From assembly GCA_963758495.1 (NCBI GenBank), contig CAVWVI010000004.1:672001-736000 (forward strand): DNA of 64,000 nt. Reading direction: 5' to 3'. The position numbers were made by a program, and so were the translations under genes. Below the pieces are notes generated by a model. That model searched no databases, was not told where the DNA came from, and saw nothing but the letters and a program-made list of their open reading frames with translations. This stretch comes from Oligoflexia bacterium. Its GTDB lineage: Bacteria > Bdellovibrionota > UBA1018. Shown one piece after another: positions 40,186 to 47,854 of this stretch (position 1 is its first letter; the number at the start of each line of letters is the position of its first letter).

Positions 40186-41302
40186 ATGAAGATGAATAAA
40201 ATATTGAATCTATTAATAGGCTTCATTTTGATAACTCAATCAGCACCTGCTGGGGCGATGTATAAGTCAGCAACATGGGTTCCTTATGATGGGAATCCCG
40301 GCGATACCTCTGGGCAACGTCACGGAGGCCACTGGAAACCAGATTTAGGTCCAACCCCAAGAGGAGGTAGTTCCACTACTACACAAAGCACTACACCTCC
40401 TTTGACTATGGAAAATTGGGGAAAGTTCTGGAATGGTGGTCGAAATCCAGTTCCAACAACAGTCAGATCTGCTCCCCATTCAACAGTATCTGCAAAGCCG
40501 CAACCTAATCAAAACGCAGAAAAAAAAGCTGCGGAAAAAGCTGCTACTGAGAAAGCAGTACTTGAGCGGGTTGCTGCCGAGACAGCTGCTCTCGATCAGG
40601 CGATGAATCAAAGTTTAAAGAGTGTTACGGATCGAGCTTTTAATCGAATTCAAAATCGATTCAGCTTATTTAGAGAGATCTCAGAGCCACGAATAACCAT
40701 CGGTTTTATGTAGTGGATGAAAGAGGTTGGGTCGAAGCGCTTCGTGCCTAGGAATGCATTATCATTCTATCATAAATACTGAAATTGAAGAGGGTGACTT
40801 CACTGTTTATAATCTAGACGTTGAAGGTAACCATAATTATTACGCCCGCAATGTTTTAGTACATAATTGTAATCCGCTTGCCGCGGGAACAGTTGCCTCA
40901 GCAGTTCCGGGTGTAGCGGCAGCAGTAGTTGAGGGAGCCGTTTTTGGAGCAATGGCAGGCCCCGCCGCTCTTGTTGGATCTGCTGCGGTTCTGGGGTATG
41001 CTCTTCATGAAGCTACTAAAGCCGCTGGGGTTGATGGGGGTTCTCCTATGAGACCTCCAGTCAATGGAGAATCTTCTAAAAAGCTCTCTGAAGTCATAGA
41101 AAATTTTCTTGGTGAAAGCCCTGTGGTAAAAACTAACAAAAAAGGAGATAAAATTTTTATCTCCGCAGATGGTCAAAGAAAAGTGAGAGCCGATATCAAG
41201 CATTCTCATGGAGATAAGCCACACATACACGTCGAGACCAAGAATCCCAAGGGTGAATGGGTGGACGCTACTGACCAGCATAGATTCTATCCAGGACAAT
41301 AA
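40186..41302 (+). pseudogene. Second secreted Hint-domain polymorphic toxin gene, disrupted
   Basis: Signal peptide and EKAA linker in one frame, RATNNHRFYVVDERGWVEA Hint block at 40683-40751 in a second, VYNLDVEGNHNYY...VHN/C plus C-terminal tip in a third; the N-terminal CF block is missing. Confidence 0.75.
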
Positions 41303-41304
41303 TT

Positions 41305-41505
41305 ATGAATAAATACTCAAATCAAACTGATAAGTACGATGCTATAATTGAAGAAGACGAGTCTGTTGGTTTTTATCTTTATATTTATGATAAAAATACA
41401 AACAAATGCTTATTTGACTTTTTGCAGGATACCTTGGAAATTGCTAAAGCCCAGGCACAACGTGATTTTTCCTTCGATCCTCAAAATTGGATAAAAGTCG
41501 GCTAA
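41305..41505 (+). CDS. Probable immunity protein for the upstream toxin tip
   Basis: 66-aa acidic/aromatic ORF starting 2 nt after the toxin stop. Confidence 0.6.
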   Translation: MNKYSNQTDKYDAIIEEDESVGFYLYIYDKNTNKCLFDFLQDTLEIAKAQAQRDFSFDPQNWIKVG

Positions 41506-41514
41506 TCTTGGAAA

Positions 41515-41745
41515 ATCCACTTCGCTGAATTGAAAATTCGATTCACACAGTCTCCTATTCGAGGTACGTTCCTTAGAACGCCCTCAGCTTACTAGCTTCG
41601 CTTGAATCAAAATTTCACGCCCCATTTTGCAGGACGTATTCTTATTAGAATACATAATCACCCGTCGGGGTCGTGAAAAGTTCAGCAGTCATATGAATCA
41701 TATCTTTACCGACTAGAAATTATTTCCTACAGCAACGACAAATTT
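41515..41745 (-). ncRNA. Putative IS110/IS1111 bridge (seek) RNA
   Basis: Two consecutive stem-loops, each with a large internal loop, directly 3' of the recombinase; G-U pairs form only on the minus strand. Confidence 0.6.
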
Positions 41746-42300
41746 TTATGCTGCCAAACAAACTTCATATTCTCTTTCATTTTTGATCATTGAGTAAATT
41801 TTACAAATCAACTTTCTTGCAACTGCAACTATTGCCTTTTTCTTACTCCCTGATTGTTTCGCGATCCGCTCGAAAAATAACTTCATATTTTCGTCCTTAC
41901 CGATGAGGTACCAGGAAGCTTGAACTAGGTACATTCTCAACGTCGGATTCCCCTGGCCCGTAATTCGCCCTCGATGAATACTCTCTCCAGAGGAATACTC
42001 AGATGGAGTGAGCCCCAAAAATGCCGCTACTTGCTTCTCATTGCTAAACCTTTTCCAATCGCCAACTTCGAAAGCCAAGGAGGCTGCGATTAGGGGGCCG
42101 ACACCTAGAACTGACTGGATAATCTTAAAATTCTTACTGAAGTTTTTGGTTTCTTCGATTTTCAAGTATTCTGACTCCAACTCCTTGAGCTGCTTATTAA
42201 TCAAGTCGATTTCTTCTAAGAATAGCTTCAGAGAGAGTCTGGCCATCGATGGCACTTCCATTTTTAGAATCTCGGCGGCCACTTGTTTGCTAATACCCCG
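41746..42300 (-). mobile_element. IS110-family transposase/recombinase, 5'-truncated (C-terminal Tnp domain only)
   Basis: SVLGVGPLIA, RFSNEKQVAAFLGLTPSEYSSG, GRITGQGNPTLR and AIVAVARKL motifs; no N-terminal DEDD RuvC-like domain. Confidence 0.85.
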
Positions 42301-42428
42301 AGTATTCAAGTAAATTACGAACCATTTGAGACATTGAAAAGCTAATCTGTTCAGGAGTTTTTCCCAATAGGGAGCCTGAACGTAAAAGAAAAGACTGGAG
42401 TCCAAAATTAAGACTACTCTTTTAGATT

Positions 42429-42618
42429 GAGAAAGTTTCAGGATCGATTCGAGCCCAAGGAGGTAAGAGGTCTTTTGTGTTTCTGGGTCGAGTGTCGGAA
42501 AATTGCATTCTTAATGGAATCGGAGCGTCTTGGTCTCTTATGATCCAGAGTTTTTCATTTCCTTTTTGTATCGGCTTAATGCTTAGGCCCCCTCCAGCTC
42601 CGTTAACCTCATTTGATG
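42429..42618 (-). repeat. Degenerate inverted copy of 44874-45061
   Basis: Reverse complement aligns to the 44388-45206 gene with two perfect 49-bp blocks plus indels and substitutions. Confidence 0.9.
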
Positions 42619-42727
42619 TATCTGTGCTGTCGAACTGTGGTGGGTCATGACCATAGCGGTGTAACTCCTAGAAGTTTATTTAGGAGCCTTTCGGTCGTGA
42701 AAGGCCCGCATGGGGTATCCTCTTCGT

Positions 42728-43456
42728 TTACGGAGGGAAGGACGTCAAAATCGCATTATAAATCCAGTCAACAGCCTTGGATTCCTGGCTCGTATCAATG
42801 CGATTAAATAGACTAGAAATCTGAATTTCTGGATTACCATCTAGATTTATAAAATTGTACGATTGTCCTGTTCCAGTACTAGTGAATACTTTTAAATAAT
42901 CGAAATCAGGATCAGCGTGACACCTATTGTACTCACGTCCATTTGTCACAAATTTTACCATACTATCAATAGCACTGCGAAAGTCATCAGACCCAGCCGT
43001 ACTATGTCCTGGATTGTTAAACACTGGCGCAATGTCATGATGCCCAAAGTAAGATCCATTTACTTTCGAAATGATAAGCCTGAAATAGGATTTCAAAAAA
43101 ACTGAAACAAACTTCTGGTCATCTAGATCCCATGTAAAATCTTGGCCAAATCGCAAAATACGCCCACGCCAGTTGTTTTCTAGACTGGATGACTCTCGAT
43201 CAATTAGAGTACTTTGCTCAAGTTCGTCGAGGGTCATATAAAAGCGATGGTCAAAATCATTAATACCATGACCTTTCATGAGTTGTGAAAGTTGCTCATC
43301 GTGGTTCTGTTGCAGCCCTGTTATAAATAATGATCTTGGTTTCGTAATATGCCCCAGTTTTAAATTTTGGGAATTAATTCTGATCTCGAAGGAACTAAGA
43401 ACCCCTTTCTCCTCAAAAAATTTCCGCAGGGAAGCAAGGAGTACTGATCGTTTCAT
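42728..43456 (-). CDS. Hypothetical protein translationally coupled to the AbiGi-like gene
   Basis: 242-aa ORF; start overlaps the upstream stop (ATGA at 43453-43456); no recognised motif. Confidence 0.7.
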   Translation of the reverse strand: MKRSVLLASLRKFFEEKGVLSSFEIRINSQNLKLGHITKPRSLFITGLQQNHDEQLSQLMKGHGINDFDHRFYMTLDELEQSTLIDRESSSLENNWRGRILRFGQDFTWDLDDQKFVSVFLKSYFRLIISKVNGSYFGHHDIAPVFNNPGHSTAGSDDFRSAIDSMVKFVTNGREYNRCHADPDFDYLKVFTSTGTGQSYNFINLDGNPEIQISSLFNRIDTSQESKAVDWIYNAILTSFPP

Positions 43457-44244
43457 TTCCCACTTCCCTTCTTTTCTGGCGTTCTTCGAAAGAGATCGTC
43501 GGCTACAATCATTCCAACACCTTTCTCGATAAGACCAATTGTTTTTGGGAAACGAGCTTTATCAACATACGTTCGCGAAGGAAGAAGGATAAATGCAATT
43601 TCGTCGAGAGAAAGTGTAATTGGAGTCACTGACCGCCATTCCCTTTCTTCATAAATTGATTCAAAATGTTCGGCATTATGACCTTCAGGGGGATCGATTG
43701 AATCATTTAGATGGGTCGGGACCTTTGTAAAGGGATCAAGTTCAATCACGTTATCTAATTTTTTCCAGAGACGATTATTTTCAAGACTCAGGTGAAACAA
43801 CGAAAGATGAGGAAAATATCTCACAGGCATTATTCCAAACTCTGGATACTTAGACACGCTTCTTCTACGTATTCCTACTCCGATGTTTCCATATTTACAC
43901 ATATGAATTGGCAAATGCGGTATTGGTATGTCACAGAAGCACACAGCCCTCGGTTCATGCACTCTAAAGTGAATGATGTCCTGCAATGTACTCGCATCCT
44001 GAATACCAAACGTTTTCTCATAAAGGGTCAATATTCTCAAATAATATTGGGAGTCTTCAATATATGGAGCAAGGCGCAATCTTTTGCCATCATCGGAAAT
44101 ATAAGTCTCTAATCGGTTTATGGCTTTTTCCTCTGAGAAGCTTTCAAAACTTCTTGGTCCAATAAAATGCCAAAGGATATCTGACACATGGCTCAAACTT
44201 TCATATTGAGTCAATGAGTTTATGATTGGCGTGTCGGGTGACAT
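43453..44244 (-). CDS. AbiGi-family (abortive-infection-associated) protein
   Basis: SDILWHF, VCFCDIP, H..KYG..GVG and EEREWR motifs; start moved to ATG 44244. Confidence 0.72.
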   Translation of the reverse strand: MSPDTPIINSLTQYESLSHVSDILWHFIGPRSFESFSEEKAINRLETYISDDGKRLRLAPYIEDSQYYLRILTLYEKTFGIQDASTLQDIIHFRVHEPRAVCFCDIPIPHLPIHMCKYGNIGVGIRRRSVSKYPEFGIMPVRYFPHLSLFHLSLENNRLWKKLDNVIELDPFTKVPTHLNDSIDPPEGHNAEHFESIYEEREWRSVTPITLSLDEIAFILLPSRTYVDKARFPKTIGLIEKGVGMIVADDLFRRTPEKKGSGK

Positions 44245-44387
44245 TGACACAGAATATCTCAGTAACTTCGAGTGAACAAGTCTCAAGGGGATTGTAATCT
44301 CACACCTCTTTCTAGGAAATAGAATAGTGCTGAGTAGGGCTGATACAATCTTTGGCAAAGGACCATTTATTGCTAGACATTCTCGCC

Positions 44388-45206
44388 ATGACAAGAAGTA
44401 TTATCCTTTGCATACTCTTGCTTTTGAACTTCCAAGCCAATGCCAGTATGAGTTATACAGAGCAAACTCCTCGACTGACAGATTCCGATCGGGCTTCTGT
44501 ACGCTATCATCTTGAAAATCTTTTTAATGAAGTAGATCTCCTGATTAAAAATCAAAAGATCAATCGAGCCGATGTCAAAAGACAAGAACGAGATTTTGCC
44601 GATCTGAAAATATATGAAAGAATCCCTTTTCAAGGGGATCTGGCTGGACTGAAGGAAACCTTGACTCAATCAGCTGAAAAGTTTCAACTCAAGGTGAAAG
44701 ACTTTAAGCTCGTCCGATTTTCAGGGCCTGGCAAACCTATTCCTCAATGGATTTATACGGATCAATCTGAATTTCATCTGAGTGAAGACCAGTTGGTAGA
44801 ACTGATCTATTTTCAATTGAAAACCACTGGAACTCTAAAAATGATCACCCAGTGGACCCAATCTTGGCCCAATCATCAAATGAGATTAACGGAGCTGGAC
44901 GGGGGCCTGAGCATTAAGCCGATACAAAAAGGAAATGAAAAACTCTGGATCATAAGAGGCCACGCTTTCCGATTCCGTAAAATACAATTTCCGACACTCG
45001 TACCCAGAAACCCAAAAGACCTCTTACCTCCTTGGGCTCGAATCGATCCTGAAACTTTCTCTAAATCCGAACCTTTTTTATGGAATTTTGTTAAAAAAAT
45101 CCAAATACTTGTCCCAAAGACTCGGTCTTGTTACGAAAATCTCGAACAATTTTCTCTTAATGACGCCCGAATGACGTTTTTCCTTTCCAAATTCAAGACA
45201 CACTAA
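44388..45206 (+). CDS. Exported protein with a PilO/GspM-like segment
   Basis: Signal peptide from ATG 44388; LTQSAEKFQLKVKDF...FQLKTTG...RLTEL pattern reminiscent of PilO. Confidence 0.45.
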   Translation: MTRSIILCILLLLNFQANASMSYTEQTPRLTDSDRASVRYHLENLFNEVDLLIKNQKINRADVKRQERDFADLKIYERIPFQGDLAGLKETLTQSAEKFQLKVKDFKLVRFSGPGKPIPQWIYTDQSEFHLSEDQLVELIYFQLKTTGTLKMITQWTQSWPNHQMRLTELDGGLSIKPIQKGNEKLWIIRGHAFRFRKIQFPTLVPRNPKDLLPPWARIDPETFSKSEPFLWNFVKKIQILVPKTRSCYENLEQFSLNDARMTFFLSKFKTH

Positions 45207-45220
45207 GAAACTGAGAGTCT

Positions 45221-45613
45221 ATGCTCCGAACAGAAGTCAAAATACTGGTCGTGGATGATGTCAGTGCAGTGCGAAGCCAAATTCGAAGCTTATTGAAGAG
45301 TTTTGGCTTTCAATTAGTAACCGTGGCCGAAAGTGGGTTAACGGCCCAAAAACTCATTAATGCCGGTAAATACGATTTAATCCTGAGTGATTGGCATATG
45401 GAGCCCATGAACGGCCTGCAGCTTCTCAAATATCTCAAAAGCAAACCTGAGACCGCTCAGATTCCCTTCATTATGGTCACTGCAGAAAACACTAAAACGA
45501 AAGTCGTGGAGGCCATAAAATTAGGAATCGATGATTATCTCATCAAACCTCTCACGATCGAGCAAATCGAAGAAAAAGTGCATAAAGTACTCATTAGAAG
45601 GCAAATATTATGA
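45221..45613 (+). CDS. CheY-like single-domain response regulator
   Basis: ILVVDD, LSDWHMEPMNG, IMVTAE and YLIKP motifs. Confidence 0.9.
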   Translation: MLRTEVKILVVDDVSAVRSQIRSLLKSFGFQLVTVAESGLTAQKLINAGKYDLILSDWHMEPMNGLQLLKYLKSKPETAQIPFIMVTAENTKTKVVEAIKLGIDDYLIKPLTIEQIEEKVHKVLIRRQIL

Positions 45614-46071
45614 CTCATTTCAATCCAGCTCAGCATGAAAAAATACGAGAGTTTATTGATGAACTCAATGGCTTTGCCAACATCGCCGAAGACAATTTAA
45701 AAAAAATTGAAGGTGACCCTGATGGTCAGAAGCATCTTTTTTCAGTATTCTATGAAAGAATGTTTGCAATCCGAGGCACAGCGCAACAACTCAACCTCCC
45801 TCATATTGCAAAAATAGCCGGACTTGGCGAAGAGATCTCTCTAAAAGGAGAACAAGCCCCGAGCCGGCCTCAGATCAGAAAATGCGTAGGGAGTCTTTGG
45901 GATGCGCTCACAACCGTTAAATACCTGTTGCAACATTTCGAAGAGGAAACAAACGAAGAGCAAACCATTCTCATTCATCGACTTGAACACACCCTTAAAG
46001 CACTTGGGGGCGCAAGACAAACCATGAACAGCGATGAAATTGAGAAAATGTTGCACCACGAGAAATCCTAA
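45610..46071 (+). CDS. Hpt/CheA-P1-like helical protein lacking the canonical His
   Basis: EFIDEL...YERMFAIRGTAQQL...E, C-terminal MNSDEIEKML; coupled to the CheY-like gene. Confidence 0.55.
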   Translation: MTHFNPAQHEKIREFIDELNGFANIAEDNLKKIEGDPDGQKHLFSVFYERMFAIRGTAQQLNLPHIAKIAGLGEEISLKGEQAPSRPQIRKCVGSLWDALTTVKYLLQHFEEETNEEQTILIHRLEHTLKALGGARQTMNSDEIEKMLHHEKS

Positions 46072-46089
46072 AACTAAAACCAGACAGAT

Positions 46090-46158
46090 TCCTGTTGTTT
46101 TCACAGGAAACATTGGAAAAATCGGGTGTTTATTGAAAATCCTGTGAAAATAACAGGA
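46090..46158. terminator. Paired palindromes between convergent genes (bidirectional terminator or REP-like)
   Basis: TCCTGTTGTTTTCACAGGA and TCCTGTGAAAATAACAGGA are 18/19 inverted copies, and each is self-complementary. Confidence 0.55.
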
Positions 46159-46165
46159 TTTTGCC

Positions 46166-47854
46166 TTACAATAATTTATGTTTGTAATGAACACCCGTCA
46201 CAACTAAAACATAGAGAAGTTGAGCGGATACAAAACCTACAACCCAAGGTGTTCCACCCGTCGAAAATCCATAAGAATGAAGTCCGACACCCAAAACAAA
46301 ATTCACTCCATACCACGCCATCACTACCGACATAAAACTGATAGCGGACCAAGCGGCAAATCCAAATTGGCCTACCCAATTTGTAAATCGACCATGTAGA
46401 ATCACCAAATAACATAACAAAGTGATTAAAGCCCAAACCTCTTTAGGATCCCAACCCCAGAAACGACCCCAAGAGTAATCTGCCCAAATACCACCCAGAA
46501 TTGTGCCCGCAGCAATCAAAACAACACCAAATTGCATCGCTCTATAGGTCAGTTGATTGAGAGAAGCAATTTTCTGCCCCTTCCCCTTCTGTTTTCTAAG
46601 AAAATGAAAAAGAGTGATATTGGCAAGTCCAAGAGTCAGTGCAAAAGCAGCATATCCTAAAGTGATAGTCAAAACATGGATAGTCAGCCAATAATTACTT
46701 CGTAGAACTGGTACTAAGGGATGAATCGAAGAGTCTAGTATTGCCGGTGCCGAATCACCCGCAATGAGTCCGAACATGGCCAAAGTACTTGCAACGGCTA
46801 AAATCACTCCCTGCTTATGAATTCCATATAGAATTGCTGCAAAAGCGATGACCCCGAAGCTCACCCAAATCACCGACTCATACATATTCGTCACAGGAGG
46901 ACGACCGGCAATAAAACAACGTAAAATAATTCCAAAAACTTGGCTTGCGGCAGCAATCGCCGTCAAACCTAAAGCCACTTTTGTCATTTTTTGAACCCAT
47001 TGAGGGCGGGTCAGGAAATGAGTTAAAATCCAGCCTAAAGCTGCCAATAAATAGAAAATCCAAGCGATCATAAAGGGGTGAGATCGATTATATAAGGACT
47101 CAGCGGCTACTACTTTCTTTTGGGTTTCGTTATAATGAGGGATCTCTTCCTCAATTGCCGAACGGAGTAAAAGAGAAGCCTGTTCAAATGCTTTGGAATC
47201 TGCAGCCTGATAAGCTGTTAAGACTTCAACAAATTGGCTTCGGATTAAATTACCTTCAGGATCCTTATCCACTAAGCTAGTCCACGCGGCGGGAGCAGGC
47301 TTAGGAATCAAAAGCCACCCTTGTCCTGAAATTAAATTATGAAATAATCCAATTCGATCTAAGACTGCTTTTAATTCCTGGTCTCTCGGGTTTGCTTTGG
47401 GTGCTCCAGGAGGTTCTGTCCCTTGAGTACTGATTCCACTCCGCTCAGCATACTGAATTAAACTTGTATTTCTATATAACTCTTGAGGAGAAAATAAAGT
47501 CCGTCCAACTTCTAAGCCTAGTTGTCTACGAACATCTTCTCTGCCTACTCGAATAAACGGTTTTTGATCCCAATAAGCAGGCGCTCCAATCCAAGAGAAA
47601 ATAAGATCTAAAGGCTCCCAATGCTCAAAACTCCGTGAACCCGTTTCATAAAGCACAACCTCGCGAGCAAAAGAATCAAGAGGTTTAATCCGACCTCCAC
47701 TTTGAACTGGCGCAAGACCTATCGAGGTAAAAGACCAACTCTTTGGCTGAGGATCGATATTTCCCGCTTCGCCCGCATGAGCCCATGAAGAAGAGGCGCA
47801 TAAATTTAAAGTTAAAAGGAATAGAATCCAAATTCTTAATACTACTATTTTCAT
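46166..47854 (-). CDS. ccsA: Cytochrome c biogenesis protein CcsA/ResC (system II)
   Basis: GRIKPLDS, PVTNMYES, WLTIHV and GGIWADYSWGRFWGWDPKEVW WWD domain, GLHSY. Confidence 0.93.
   Translation of the reverse strand: MKIVVLRIWILFLLTLNLCASSSWAHAGEAGNIDPQPKSWSFTSIGLAPVQSGGRIKPLDSFAREVVLYETGSRSFEHWEPLDLIFSWIGAPAYWDQKPFIRVGREDVRRQLGLEVGRTLFSPQELYRNTSLIQYAERSGISTQGTEPPGAPKANPRDQELKAVLDRIGLFHNLISGQGWLLIPKPAPAAWTSLVDKDPEGNLIRSQFVEVLTAYQAADSKAFEQASLLLRSAIEEEIPHYNETQKKVVAAESLYNRSHPFMIAWIFYLLAALGWILTHFLTRPQWVQKMTKVALGLTAIAAASQVFGIILRCFIAGRPPVTNMYESVIWVSFGVIAFAAILYGIHKQGVILAVASTLAMFGLIAGDSAPAILDSSIHPLVPVLRSNYWLTIHVLTITLGYAAFALTLGLANITLFHFLRKQKGKGQKIASLNQLTYRAMQFGVVLIAAGTILGGIWADYSWGRFWGWDPKEVWALITLLCYLVILHGRFTNWVGQFGFAAWSAISFMSVVMAWYGVNFVLGVGLHSYGFSTGGTPWVVGFVSAQLLYVLVVTGVHYKHKLL

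Larger units (their letters stand above)
37440..44350. other. Accessory island (Hint toxins, IS110 remnant, AbiGi-like pair)
   Basis: Run of non-housekeeping, partly broken genes between the helicase and the 44388 gene; no integrase or flanking direct repeat seen. Confidence 0.6.

Noticed and set aside
42300..42428. N-terminal part of the 219-aa ORF as genuine IS110 sequence, or an RHH gene fragment (SMSQMVRNLLE in another frame)
   Set aside because: Mosaic-looking sequence with no DEDD motif; cannot be assigned by eye.
41669..42702. Shared 10-mer GGTCGTGAAA in the bridge-like RNA and the three-way junction
   Set aside because: Short enough to be chance, and it lies in a stem rather than a guide loop.
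44245..44394. ORF-track N-terminal extension of the AbiGi-like gene (likewise the extensions of deoC, deoB, rplU and lysC)
   Set aside because: Overlaps neighbouring genes or promoters; downstream ATGs fit the family starts better.
42429..45061. Diversity-generating retroelement TR/VR pair
   Set aside because: Differences include indels and non-adenine changes, the copies are inverted, and there is no reverse transcriptase in the window.
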